Assembly: GCA_973895155.1 (NCBI GenBank)
Contig: OZ316893.1
Coordinates: forward strand, 8,518,963 to 8,582,962
DNA length: 64,000 nucleotides
Direction of reading: 5' to 3'
From: Marsupella aquatica
Lineage: Eukaryota; Plantae; Marchantiophyta
A program made the position numbers and the translations under genes. Shown here in pieces: positions 30,263 to 42,189 of this stretch; positions within the stretch are counted from its first letter, which is position 1, and each line of letters starts with the position of its first letter. The notes below the pieces were generated by a model. It was not told where the DNA came from. It worked only from the letters and a program-made list of their open reading frames with translations, and made no database searches.

Positions 30263-33200
30263 CTAATTGGCCGTGGGTTCTTCTTCCCGGCTGAAAACAT
30301 AGTGAGGCAGCCTTCTACGAATTCTTCTCCACGGTGGCAGCAGCGTGAATTGTTGCTGTTCTTGCTGTTGCTCCTGTGGTTCATCCTCATTGTCGCTCTT
30401 AGCAGACCATTCTTCTTCTGAAGAGGTCTCGTACTCGGACGAGGAACACGACGACGCCGCTTGTCGGAGACAATCACCACCAGGGATGGCGCCGCCAGTA
30501 CAGTTGCTGTCTGCTGTCGTAAGACGATCTTGCTCGTTGTTCTCTCCTATTGCCAACAGCGAAAGAATCTCTTCCAAGGGCGCCTTCAATTTGTCCGTAA
30601 TTCTAATCTCAGCTGCAGAGGGGGGACTTCTGTACAGTCCTCTACTACCACTCACGTCCAAGTCAGATCGGTGGAATGGACTTCCAGCTTTCAGCTGCTC
30701 ATTCGCAAGATCTAGCATCCGACCCGCCGAAGGCCTAATCTGATAAGACGAGTTTGTCAGTGGGGTGGTAGAAACAGACGTCGTACTACTCCTAGAACTA
30801 TTGCTATCACTACTCCTTTTCACGTGCTCAGGATGATGATCGTCCACTGTCCGTGGCATTGAGAAAGAAGTACTCCTGCTCGTAGCACTGGTGCTGCTGT
30901 TGTAATCAGTGGCCTGTCTAGAGGACGACCCCGGGCTTAGCTCGGGAGTACGTGGGAGGGTAATCTCTGAAAGCGAGGTCTGCCTCCAGTGCAGACGACT
31001 GAACTTGGCCCCGCTGTTCGTTGTTGGCAGTGAGTCACTGCGCTCCCGCCTGTGCCGTGCACGACCAGGAGGCACTTCTTCTATCAATTCATCATCACCC
31101 TCCAGGATAATATCGTTTCGCAGCCCATTCGAGTTTCCCACTACAAAATCGTCAATGTTGATGTGATTCCGCGTGGTTGGTGTTGACAAAGGGCCGCTTT
31201 TCTCACATGCAATTGCACTTATGGAGTCTTCCGTGGGAGAGGATATGTTATCCGAAGAAGACACTCCTTTGGAATCTACCCTCCTGGTTTTTCTTGGCCA
31301 CCAAGACGTTGAGACCTTCTTCTTCTCTGCGGGTAGAGCTTCCACAACAGGGTGATCAATTTTTGATTGATCAGTTTTCGAAGACAACCAAGAGATAGTG
31401 GATCTCTTGAATGATGAAGAATTTGCCTTAGGAGAGCCACGGTGACTCGAATTTGCATCCGGCTGGGGGGAGAACCTAAACTCTGGGGACTGATTTTCAT
31501 CCCATGGAATCGGAATATCAACGTGGGAATTCTCACGTACTGGACTCATGATGGCGGATGAAGAATGGAAGCGTGTGAGCGGTGACATAATGATTTCTCT
31601 CGACTCATCAAACATTCCTGTCCTAGACACCTGGGCAGCGCTCTCGTCCTGTGAGTGGGATTGGTCAACCACGGCCGGAGGATCATCGACTGGCTGGCTG
31701 GATCGTTTTTTCTTTGTCCAAGACCACTCGAATTTCTTCTCGCTTGATGGTCTACCTCTTCTAACTTCAGCGGCATCTTCTGGTCCCGTAATGTCGAGCG
31801 TTAGTGGCTGCATTCTCTCCTCGGTCTCAGCGAGAGGTTCTGCTGCCTCGTCAATACTAGGTAACTCCCGATACTCTGTTTTGACGTCGAAATTTTCAAT
31901 TCCGTGACCAACCTCAAGTACTCCTTTCCCGGACAAAGAGATAGCACCCTGGGATTGGTCCATCACGGGCTGAGCATCATCTGGCGGCTCGCTCAACTGC
32001 TTTTTCTTCTTCCAAGTCCATCCAAATTTCTTCTCGCTCGATGACTTCGGGACTTCCCTTCCTCTAATTTTGGAACCTTTCCTTGGCTCCTTTTCGGGAG
32101 TCGATGGCAATGCAGTGGGCCTTGACGGTATTGGCACCAATACATTGTCCAAGCCCTCTGCAGTCTCAAGGAGAGCCGCGGCTGCTTCGATGCCGGGTAA
32201 CTCTTGCCTATCTGATTCGAAGTCCACATTCTCAACAATTCCGTGAACAACCTCCGTTGGACTCGAAGAAGCAGCTAGTTCTGGCGTTGTTGGCATGGAC
32301 ATGGCAGTCTGGCCTAGTTCATTTTGCTCCCCTACCAACTCCAAATTTCCGTGAACAACATCCGTTGGACTCGTAGAAGCTGCTGATTCCGGCGTTGTTG
32401 GCATCGACATGGCAGTCTCGGCTAGTTCATTCTGCTCCCCTACCAACTCCATGTTTCCGTGAACAACATCCGTTGGACTCGTAGAAGCTGCCAGTTCTGG
32501 CATTGTTGGCATGGACGTGGCAGTATGGCCTAATTCATTCTGCTCTCCTTCCAACTCAACATTTCCGTGAACAACCTCCGTTGGACTCGAAGAAGCTGCT
32601 AACTCGGGCGTTGTTGGCATTGACATGGCAGCCTGGCCTAGTTCATTCTGCTCCCCTAACAACTCGACACTTCCGTGAACAACCTCCGTGAGACTCGAAG
32701 ATGCTGCTAACGCTCGAGCTGTTGGTATTGACACAACAGTCTGACCTAGTTCATTCTGCTCCCCAACCAAATCCATATTCTGCGCTCCAATTTTTCGAGC
32801 GACAGATTTCTGAGAAGTTCTCCATGGCCACATGAATTTCTTATCACTTGATGACTTAGTGATCCTAGGATCACTATCGAATTCCTCTACAGTCACAGCG
32901 GAAGGTGCCTCTGCTGCAAGGCTAGGTAACTCCTCTTGACTCTCTGATTTGATGTCCTCATTTTCAACTCCGCGAACAACCTCAGAAGGAATCAACGACG
33001 TGAACTTTGGCGTTGTTGGCAATGACATGCCATTCTCAACTGCTCCATCACGATCCTCTGTCAACTCCACGTTTTGGTCTCTAGATTTCTGAGAGACTGC
33101 TTTTGATATCGTGTCCGACTCTGCTAGTTCCACGTTCGTTTGTTCTAGTTCTACGTTCGTCTGTTCTAGTTCCAAGTTCGTCAGCCCTCCTTCATTTGAG

Positions 33201-35902
33201 AACAGTTTCATAAGCCTGACTTTTGACCTGTCGATGACAGACTGCTTCTCCTTCACAGGTGAAGCTGCCACAGATGACACGCCCCCCCCTTCTACCTTTC
33301 TGCTGCTGCCTGCATTGGCATCCATCGAGAAAACTCTTTTGAGAGGAGAAATCATCTTTTCTTTCAGGTGTCTGCCCGATGTGGTGGACCCTTCATTCCT
33401 ATTCTCTGCAACTATTTCGGCGGATGTCTCTGCGTCTGCCGTTGTGCTGGAAGTAAGTTTGCTCCCTCCCTTGTCTCCTTCTCCAGAGATTGAAAAAGGG
33501 TCCAGCAGTTGTAACGACAATAATCTCTCTCCTCGTCTACTTAAAAACGAGGTCAGGGACTTCTTCGAATGCGAATGTCTGAGCTTAGTCTTGACAGGAA
33601 CAGCATCATTGGGAAGGACGAGACTCCCTGTGAGCTCACCACTCTGATCGGACTCCACTGATGCTACACTCTTATCAGACTCCACTGATGTAGGTGCAGC
33701 TGCAATTAATGGCAATGTTGGGGCCGGTCTGCTCGGGGGCGACGAGATGGGCAGATGATTTCCCACATTTAAAGTGAATTTCTTTTGCAACCGCGCAGTG
33801 AGTGACTCTAGCGATTCAACATCCTGACTACTGAATCTAGGCTGAGTGAGAGGTTTCTCTAGACTGCTCTTCAAGAACTGCTTTTCCGCTTCGACACTGC
33901 AAGCCATATCGGGAATATAAACGGGCACAATAGCATTTGCCGTCGCTCTGTTGGCAGTGCGGAGGGACATCGGTACGGGCTCCTCCCACCTTCTCGTCGT
34001 GTGAAGAGACATACTTTTCTTGAGTGCATTGAACCTAACAGTTAAATCGTCGTAATCCTCTCTTTCTCCTCTAAATGTAGAATTCAACGAATAGCTCTTG
34101 TCCAGCGCGGTGCCACCGAAGGACGTCAGTTCCGCGGCGGTATCGTTATTAATTAAGGCCATCATCGGCTCCATCTGCTCTGCAAGAAGCTCTAAATCGG
34201 TCGGGTGGTGTGAAGTTGACTGGACCAACGCCTTGCTACTCTCCGGAAGGTTCTCCTCCACCGAAATGCTTTGGCTCTTCACGAGCGCCAGCGCATCAGA
34301 ATTCCTCTGCACCAACACTGCAGCCGATGTGGTGGAGGGAGGTAGGAAATCTCCGTGTAATTCAATGTTCTCATCCAGACCATCCTTTGAGCTTTTGCTA
34401 TCCTCTTCAGAAAGATCATTTTTAAGGTGTAGCTTTGTCTCCACCACAATACTCTGTCCAGTTGCCTTCTCAATTGCGAGAGCTTCCATTTGACCCGCTG
34501 TCTCCCCCGCCATGCTTCGACTCTGGACTCCCGTGAACTTGCTTGGGTCATCGACGAGTATAACTCTCTCAGTCGAATTGAACCTTTGAGTTGGTTGGTC
34601 GACAGCATCCTGCTGATTGAACCCAGAAGAGAGGCTTGTCTTTATCTCTCCCTCAGCCTCGAGGCTTGCTTTTGGATCCTCTCCCAAGACCGTAAATTCA
34701 GGAGAAACCAGCACTTCCGCAGTCGAGAGCTTCCTGCCATGCAAATGTGCACTGGTTTGAAAGTTTCTAGCCTCTTCATCAATAACCTTTTGGACGGCTT
34801 CTACCGAGCTCACCGGAGTTCCTAGATCACAGCTCACCTTCCAATCCTCCGCGATTAGCTCCTTGACTGTGGTAACTTGATTACTGTCAAAAACGAACGC
34901 ACTTGACTCCTCGGATGCAATTGACACCCGGGCCTCCTCAGGTCGTCTGTCATGCCTCCTCTTCTCCAGAATCTTGCGGAAACTCTCACTGATACCAAGA
35001 AGTGGTGTCAAGCTCTTGCGCGATGATGTTGGTGGGACCTTGATGACCCCTGCGTCCAACGCATGTGCCTCACTGTTACTTTTAGATACTGGTTGCTCCT
35101 CGAGTGGACTCGCACCCTTTGGAACTACCGACTTAATTTCCCTCGTGGCAACATTTTCAAGCTCGTCCTTCAGTGGCGAGGGAGCTACACTGTTGCCCTT
35201 CACAACTTCCTCCTCCACTAACGCTGCAAGCGGGACCTCCGAAGTCGCTAGTGACAGGTTTGAAAACGCTAACGGGCGGTCCTCCACACCAACTTGAGCA
35301 CGAGAGACCGGCCTAAAGTTCTCCGCGGCTGGCACGGAAGAGTAAGCCCCGTCGTTGCTAGCTTTGGCGACTTCAGCCAGGGGAGGGAGAACATCACGAT
35401 TTGCCTCCAGTGGACTAAGAATGTGACCTCTCTTCGCAATGATAGGGGTCGGAGTCCTGTAACTTGGAATTCGGTATCCTAGATCACTCTCATTGTCGTT
35501 GACTGAATTTGCCTCTTCTTTGGGAGCTAGGACAGATGTATTTTGCAAATGCCATTTGTCTTGGTTGAGGAACCGACTATCCACCCACGCCTTTGCCTTC
35601 CCTTCCGTCTTCTTCATCCACCCGAGCCAGCTTTCTCGAGCCGGTTTTACTGGCACCTCCGCACGATGATGCACTCCTGATTCATACAGGCGCCCAGTGC
35701 CATTCCGCCAGTCCTCGCTTTGTGCGCTCTCTCCCATGCTCATACTTACCATCGCTATGGCCACAAGCCCCGTGCATAGTAGGACTGGCGAGAAGTAGAC
35801 AATGATAGGGAAGAAGGGAGGAGAAAAGAGCAACACAATCAAGCCCGAGATAATCGGATGGCTCCATAGAAACTTGACCACCTCCCACAACCCGAATACC
35901 AT
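30263..35902 (-). CDS. Large intronless (~1879 aa) Ser/Glu-rich, probably disordered protein with an N-terminal hydrophobic anchor and internal repeats; function unknown
   Basis: A 5.6-kb uninterrupted ORF from ATG 35902. The hydrophobic N-terminus HPIISGLIVLLFSPPFFPIIVYFSPVLLCTGLVAIAMVS recalls, from memory and unverified, the HPF...SPVLVCTA N-terminus of plant 'cardiomyopathy-associated protein 5-like' proteins. Confidence 0.85.
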   Translation of the reverse strand: MVFGLWEVVKFLWSHPIISGLIVLLFSPPFFPIIVYFSPVLLCTGLVAIAMVSMSMGESAQSEDWRNGTGRLYESGVHHRAEVPVKPARESWLGWMKKTEGKAKAWVDSRFLNQDKWHLQNTSVLAPKEEANSVNDNESDLGYRIPSYRTPTPIIAKRGHILSPLEANRDVLPPLAEVAKASNDGAYSSVPAAENFRPVSRAQVGVEDRPLAFSNLSLATSEVPLAALVEEEVVKGNSVAPSPLKDELENVATREIKSVVPKGASPLEEQPVSKSNSEAHALDAGVIKVPPTSSRKSLTPLLGISESFRKILEKRRHDRRPEEARVSIASEESSAFVFDSNQVTTVKELIAEDWKVSCDLGTPVSSVEAVQKVIDEEARNFQTSAHLHGRKLSTAEVLVSPEFTVLGEDPKASLEAEGEIKTSLSSGFNQQDAVDQPTQRFNSTERVILVDDPSKFTGVQSRSMAGETAGQMEALAIEKATGQSIVVETKLHLKNDLSEEDSKSSKDGLDENIELHGDFLPPSTTSAAVLVQRNSDALALVKSQSISVEENLPESSKALVQSTSHHPTDLELLAEQMEPMMALINNDTAAELTSFGGTALDKSYSLNSTFRGEREDYDDLTVRFNALKKSMSLHTTRRWEEPVPMSLRTANRATANAIVPVYIPDMACSVEAEKQFLKSSLEKPLTQPRFSSQDVESLESLTARLQKKFTLNVGNHLPISSPPSRPAPTLPLIAAAPTSVESDKSVASVESDQSGELTGSLVLPNDAVPVKTKLRHSHSKKSLTSFLSRRGERLLSLQLLDPFSISGEGDKGGSKLTSSTTADAETSAEIVAENRNEGSTTSGRHLKEKMISPLKRVFSMDANAGSSRKVEGGGVSSVAASPVKEKQSVIDRSKVRLMKLFSNEGGLTNLELEQTNVELEQTNVELAESDTISKAVSQKSRDQNVELTEDRDGAVENGMSLPTTPKFTSLIPSEVVRGVENEDIKSESQEELPSLAAEAPSAVTVEEFDSDPRITKSSSDKKFMWPWRTSQKSVARKIGAQNMDLVGEQNELGQTVVSIPTARALAASSSLTEVVHGSVELLGEQNELGQAAMSMPTTPELAASSSPTEVVHGNVELEGEQNELGHTATSMPTMPELAASTSPTDVVHGNMELVGEQNELAETAMSMPTTPESAASTSPTDVVHGNLELVGEQNELGQTAMSMPTTPELAASSSPTEVVHGIVENVDFESDRQELPGIEAAAALLETAEGLDNVLVPIPSRPTALPSTPEKEPRKGSKIRGREVPKSSSEKKFGWTWKKKKQLSEPPDDAQPVMDQSQGAISLSGKGVLEVGHGIENFDVKTEYRELPSIDEAAEPLAETEERMQPLTLDITGPEDAAEVRRGRPSSEKKFEWSWTKKKRSSQPVDDPPAVVDQSHSQDESAAQVSRTGMFDESREIIMSPLTRFHSSSAIMSPVRENSHVDIPIPWDENQSPEFRFSPQPDANSSHRGSPKANSSSFKRSTISWLSSKTDQSKIDHPVVEALPAEKKKVSTSWWPRKTRRVDSKGVSSSDNISSPTEDSISAIACEKSGPLSTPTTRNHINIDDFVVGNSNGLRNDIILEGDDELIEEVPPGRARHRRERSDSLPTTNSGAKFSRLHWRQTSLSEITLPRTPELSPGSSSRQATDYNSSTSATSRSTSFSMPRTVDDHHPEHVKRSSDSNSSRSSTTSVSTTPLTNSSYQIRPSAGRMLDLANEQLKAGSPFHRSDLDVSGSRGLYRSPPSAAEIRITDKLKAPLEEILSLLAIGENNEQDRLTTADSNCTGGAIPGGDCLRQAASSCSSSEYETSSEEEWSAKSDNEDEPQEQQQEQQQFTLLPPWRRIRRRLPHYVFSREEEPTAN
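32241..32780 (-). repeat. Coding tandem repeat, 5 x 108 bp (36 aa)
   Basis: CCGTGAACAAC recurs at 32241, 32349, 32457, 32565 and 32673; the peptide unit is VVHGNVELxGEQNELGQTAMSMPTTPELAASSSPTE. Confidence 0.95.
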
Positions 35903-36977
35903 CTCTCTTTCTTTGTACACACAAACTCCTAGTAGTCTTCCTCCCTCGCCACGCACTTACCTCTTGATTGCACTCGCAGTGCAGCCACAAACTCCACCAT
36001 CAACCTGCATTGAGAATGTCGAGAGTAGAGGTATAGGACAGGGAAAGCTAGGCGTGACAAATTTCCCCTACCAACCTACAATCCTTTTCCTTATCCAAAC
36101 GGGGACCACCTCCGCGCTTGAATCTCTCCTTCCTCCAATCACTCCAGCGTCCTATGTGATTCGGGGTTCGCTCTCAACAATTCACAACAGTAATCACAGA
36201 ACTTGACGATCTTCTGAAACTGCAGCCTACATTACTGAGAAAGAAATCGGAGAAGACCGTCTCAGCACTTCAATTGCCCGATCCGCCCATCCGCAACAAA
36301 CCTCAAACAAAATTGCTCTTCAGGGAGCAGTCTTGCTGATCCAATTCGACAAAAAATTCTCCCATACGAGTATTCACACAATTTTCACGAACTCTATCGT
36401 GCTCTTCTTCCCTTCCTTTGCATTTACACTCTACAAGTACGGCTCACGACCCATCCACGACACCGCTCAGGGTACAAAATACAAGAACACATTGAAGCGC
36501 AAATAAACAGAGGGCCATCCCAATCTCAATGCCATGCTCCAGTCCAGCGTTGCCTGTCGTAATCGTCCAGACACTCAAATTTCCTGGTCCAAGCTCAATC
36601 AAGGACACTGGCTAGACTCTTCCTCACTGCATTTCACAAAGCGCAACAACCCGTCGCGAAATACGCGATCTAATCACAACCACATAGTTGTTTTTCCACC
36701 ACATTACTGGGGCTCACAGAAGTGATGCCAACACGATTGAAGGTCGTCGTTGATCATGTGGAGAATAGTGAAAAACACCACCTGCTCCTCTCGAACGGCT
36801 TCTTCGCTGCAAATCACCACGACAAGCCTCTGCCTCACCCCGTTCTTCAGCACGTCCGCCCCTCGTGCTCTCGTCGTTCTTCCTCTGAAGCCCAAAGGGT
36901 ATGCTCTCGCTCATCACTTCGGTCACTTCGTCGAGGTAAACACCGAACACCATGACGCACTGCACTAGTGCACTTTG

Positions 36978-37007
36978 TCTCTTTCTCTCTCTCTCTCTCT
37001 CTCTCTC
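36978..37007. repeat. (CT)n microsatellite, probably near the transcription start or 5' UTR of the large minus-strand gene
   Basis: Visible CT run; the TSS association is inferred. Confidence 0.85.
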
Positions 37008-37306
37008 ACTCCTCTGTGGGTCGAGCCAACGAACTGCGACTGCGGCCGTGACTGCGGCCATTTTATTGCTCACCGACAAACACAGTTAGCTAGTTAATGG
37101 TCCTCTAATAATTCACTCCAATCGTGCTAATTCAGACGCGTAATCCCTCGATCGTTTCACTAATCAGTAATCACAGCACGTAGAACAGTACTATCATTCG
37201 CAATCAAAGTTTCCTTTTATTGAATTACTCCTTACAAGGAACCCGTACCGGTACTGTATTTCGTAACAAAGTCTATTTTCACTAGTAACTCGAGATATTT
37301 GATTGA

Positions 37307-37414
37307 TGACCCCAAAATGAAAGTGTTACTTATTAAACAACTAAGGTTTTGAGTAAGTTGATTTATGGTCCATCAAGGATCCTGATGAAATGACACTTTT
37401 CATTTTGAGGGTCA
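37307..37414. repeat. Short inverted repeat (MITE-like hairpin remnant)
   Basis: TGACCCCAAAATGAAAGTGTTA (37307-37328) pairs with TGACACTTTTCATTTTGAGGGTCA (37391-37414). Confidence 0.7.
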
Positions 37415-38436
37415 ATAAGAGATGTATGATTGACCTCTACTTTATAATTTCTCTGGTAACAACAACTAATGACCAATTTTAATATTCAAAATATACGTGT
37501 GAGATGGGACTGTCCAGGAATTTGGGGCAATCAAGTTAGCCTTTAGCTCCTTTAGGGGAAAAAGGCTTTTCATGCATCTCAATGAAACTCTCGAAAGGAA
37601 GGCCAATATTCATGCCCTTGTGGCTCCTTTATTCTGTGCCAAAAAAACAGGAAGGTGTGTCATGTCGAGTAAGGCAAGTTAAGCTTGGAATTAAACCATA
37701 ACTCCACAATAAAAGATGGGTCATTGTTCATTTGCTTAGGTGAGCAGTAAACTATTTTGCAGGCTCTTTCCCTTCTCATCATCTACATTTTGAGTCCTAG
37801 ATAGCCCTGTTAACTAATGTGTTCTTTCTTATATACAATCCTTGGCTGTATGAGAAATAGACAACTACTTGTGGTTCAGCGTAGAGGCTAGCGCTTCCCC
37901 AGGTGAGATGGGATCACAAATGAGGATAGCAGGTGCTATCTTTTTAGATCCAATTGCAAACGATTTTGCCTCCTAGGCAGCAACAGCTGTGTGGCACTGG
38001 GGGTTGCACTAGTGTCCAGTATCTCTATTGTAGTCTATTACAAAACTATACAAGAATGTTTGACATTATACTAGGATGGACGATCCAAATTCACCTGGAA
38101 AGTTCTGAAATTATTTTCTTAATGTTCATTGTTTGGGTGTCAACAAATGTTTGGTCTATAAGAATACTCAGATTAAATATTATGATTCATATGAGCATCA
38201 ATTCTTGGTTTATGTTTGAATTTTTAACAGAAACTGAAAAGGACCAAAGGGAATGAGACGAGTGGCTTTTCCACCTTTATTAGATGTCTTGTCTTTGGGA
38301 TGGTGGATCCAGGTTTGACATTTTCCGTTCTTTTGCAAGGTGCTATATCTGACAAGCGCACAGGGTGGATTTGGTCCCTCAAGTTTACTCCTATATTTCC
38401 CAGCATTGTAAAATCGAACACCACTATGCTAATAGA

Positions 38437-39339
38437 TAATCTAATCTAATCTAATCTTACAGGTCCTGAGAAACGAATCTCTTCGTAAGACAAAATTAAC
38501 ATGGAATATTCTAACTACTCACTATCCTCAATTAATAAATTCACAAACAAACCACCGACAACAAGCGTATGATCGTCGATCTTCAATATCGACGCCTCAC
38601 AGGGCACTAACGAGTCCTACTGCGTACGGGAAGCAGTGAAGTACCTGCAGCCGTCAATGGTGACTGTCTTCGGACTGCTCAGATCTGTCATCTATCCACT
38701 TCCCTTATTTACGGTTCCGGACGAACTGGCTTACGGTACGCCATCTGACACTTACCACGTAACCCGTATTAAACTAAAATGCAATCTGCACTTACGATTA
38801 TTGTAATACATGAAACTACCGATTGGCCCATCTCGAGAGCCAACGGCTCCGATGTCGGGGCGTCTCAAGAATATCCCCCTCCGGCTGACGCTATTCGCGG
38901 ATTTAACAAGCGCTTACGTCTTTACTTCAGGAGTAAACTGGGCCGTGCGAAGTACTAACTCTGCTGACCTGACCAGCCCCCTAACCAGGGACGAAAAGTG
39001 GAAACAGTCATGATTGTAATCGTCAAGTTGACCGCACTTGACGGTCATTTAACCGTTACGGAATTTACCATCGTGGGTTGTCGTGCCTGTACAAGGTGAG
39101 ACTTAGTGAGTTACGGTAAATTGGGTAGCAGGTAACTGTCTGACTTGACTCAGCAGCTGGCAAATCTTCAGTATGCACTTCAGCCGTCGATGAATTCGTT
39201 TGACGATCTCCATTCACCTACCTCGTGTTTGTACGTAGTAATTGGAGTCTACTCTTCCTAAGTGCACACTCCGGGGAAGAAGACTGGACGTTACAGTTAA
39301 AAGTGATAATTGCACATTTTCGGACTTCACACTTAATAC
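38437..39339 (-). other. CpG-rich, hairpin-dense non-coding island with a (GATTA)n tail; candidate retroposed structured RNA or non-autonomous element
   Basis: Hand count of about 50 CpG in 38521-39300 against about 9 in 39361-40140. It has (TAATC)4 at 38437-38456, many local stems and no convincing ORF. Confidence 0.5.
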
Positions 39340-41859
39340 ATAGATGACATCATGGTTCTTCTTGTTTCTGGAGTGCTCAAATTCACTACAAAGTAGTCAT
39401 CTCATGTTCAATTAAAAATTCTTGCACCTTCCCTAAGTCATCACCTGTACATCCCTTGGATTTGTACACAGTCGACTATCTCATAACTGCAACATTAACT
39501 TTACATAAAATGGTATGCACTTATCTATAACAGTTCCCCTTAAACATTTCATGCTCACCGACAAGTACTAAAGGGTGTTTTGCAAGTAAATATTCTCTTT
39601 CATTAGGCCCCATTGTGCTTATACAAATTGCAAAAAAAATGTGCAAAATCAAACTACTACAACACCCAATCCTGCTCTTTTTGTAGCATAGTCAGTTTAC
39701 AAAATGAGATTGGACCAGAATGATCAGAGGCCATTCGATCTACTGGTGTTTATTCTCAACCATTTGATCAAAAAATAGAACCCCCCATGCACCCTCCCAC
39801 TTAGCTAAGGAGGACAAATTCTGCCATGGAAAGGAAAGGTGAGGATAGTAACTCACCTAGGTGAGCACTACTAGCTGGCTTTTCCATGACCTTGACTGTT
39901 GGGGACAATCCTTATCCCAAGACACCATGCACATGTGAACATCATACAAATTAGTCGACACAATGAGTACGTGGTTCACCTCACGATTGAGGCTACGTCT
40001 AGGGGAAAGCAAGAGACCTTCACTTCTCTCTTGCTCCACTCCAACAATGAACTGAAGATCCACCAAAGGTTGGCATCAGCCCTAGTTATATACCCTGGGT
40101 CCCCATTCTTAGGTAAAACGGGTTGGCCATAAGGGTCGATTTAATTCATATTGAAGTAATTTTTAGAATTGGCTTGTAACTAAGCAACCCACTCTTTTAT
40201 ACAAATGTCACTTTCCAAATAAGGAAGTGCACTTGATATTCTGCTCTCATTTGTTTTTGAGAAGGGGGTATAAAATCATCTCCACCACACAACATCATCT
40301 TAGTGGTACACGTGGCATCATCTAATAGATACACATGTCTATGCCTTTTGGTATGCCGTTGTAAGTTGTGGGCAGGGTTGTGGGGTTTAGGGTAGGGTAT
40401 GTTGAGGGGTTTAGGGTAGGTTTTTTGAACTGCCCTATGAGGAAATACATGGGGCAAATCCCTACCCATTGTATCCGAGGGAGGGAAGATCTTTGAACAA
40501 AGAAATGTAACTAATGAAGCCTATATAAAAATTATCAAATCTGGACTTTATAATTATTAATATCAAGGATATTAAGTATTATCAAAATGTGTTTTTTTCT
40601 AAATAAGAAGGCAAATTTTTATTGTTTCAAAAATAATAACAAGGGGTACTAGAAGGGGGTCTGTTCATAGGGGTAGAGATTTTTTACTGGAAGTGGGGGC
40701 CCAAGGGGTTATATACATCATGCATCACTGCTAATCTAAGCTAAATCCTAACCTGAGTTAGCTTAACTGCAGTTGGCTCTAGAGTCACAAGACTAAGAGC
40801 AATACTCAACATTGACCACCTCGTTGTCTCAAACTTTATGCAACAAATGCATTTCTCATTTCTTTATTCGTGTGCCTAGTATGTGTTTTCACTATACCCT
40901 CTTAAAACTGGTAATAAGTAGAGTACTCTGTCCCAAGTGTTTGTTTTCACTCTATTTATTCTAAGGATTGATTTTATTTTTTTAAGGGAAAGACACATGT
41001 TGGTGAAACTCTCTAACCACACAAGGCACCCAATATTCTTTTTCTAGATTTGTTTCTTTCTAGCATTCTTTGCAAGTTCAATTTTTATTTAAGAAAGGAC
41101 ATATGGCAAAGTCTATTCACTCTAGCCCCTCCCACGTTGCATTTATTTTGGATGGTGGATCATCCGCCATCCTCTCTCTTTGTATTGGGTTGACCCACCA
41201 TTCAATTGGTTCTCCCATTTTTAGACATTTAAATATGGGTCATTCATTGCATGTCTCACTCATCTGCTCCCCATGGATTATTTTCCTTCCCCATTAATCA
41301 AATTTTCTGCCCTTTGGTGCCTGATTGGGTAGGACCTCTGGGCCTCCCCCCTAGGCAACTTTTGTCCCCCGACTGTGGTTTGGGTTGACTGCCCCACCTT
41401 TTCAAAAAGAAAAAATCAAAAAATCAAACTTCTGCCCTCGCCAAGTACATATATTTTGTTGTTTTTTTTGCCATCTTCTTCATCAATAATGTGGACCCAA
41501 AAGAAAGATTTGGATCACTACAACAACTTTTTTCAAATGAAAACACTTCCATGCATCACCTGCTTTTGCTCAAAAAAGATTTCCACTCAACTTTATTTCT
41601 AAGCAAATTTTTGTTTGAAGGTACTTTTAAATCTACTAGTCAACTACAATTTTCTTGCAACACAACACCTTCTCTTGAAAACACTTTGGCTTTGACATTT
41701 TCACTCAATTACACTTTCTCTCAACAACAACAGCATTGACCCAAAGGCAGTGACAAGTTCTGTGCAACACACAGGTATGATTGAGCCTCACCTTGACAAT
41801 GTTGCCTCACCCCCACTCTTTGCCTCACCTAGACATTTAAACTTGTCTTCTGCATTTTG

Positions 41860-42100
41860 GTCTTGTCTTGACATCTTTCTCTTATCTTGACATCTATATT
41901 TTCCTCAACATCCTTGTCTCACTCTGACATCTTTGTCTCACTTTGACATCTTCTCCTCACCTCAACGTCTTTCCCTTGTCTTGACATCTTGTTATCTCCT
42001 CAACATCTTTCCTTGTCTCACTCGGACATCTTTGTCTCACTTTGACATCTTCTCCTCACCTCAATTTCTTTCCCTTGTCTTGACATCTTGTTGTCTTGAC
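41860..42100. repeat. Pyrimidine-rich tandem duplication (~99-bp period) built from TTGACATCT motifs
   Basis: GACATCTTTGTCTCACTTTGACATCTTCTCCTCACCTCAA is present twice, with many TTGACATCT copies. Confidence 0.85.
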
Positions 42101-42189
42101 TCTTTTGTGCAACACATGGGCATCAGGCTAGTGATAGGATAAATGGGAACACACCTTGCAATGTACCCAGGTTTTCAACTTATACATTA

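Noticed and set aside
40371-40421. Telomere-like TTTAGGG copies (also at ~44885)
   Set aside because: Only isolated, degenerate copies; not an interstitial telomeric array.
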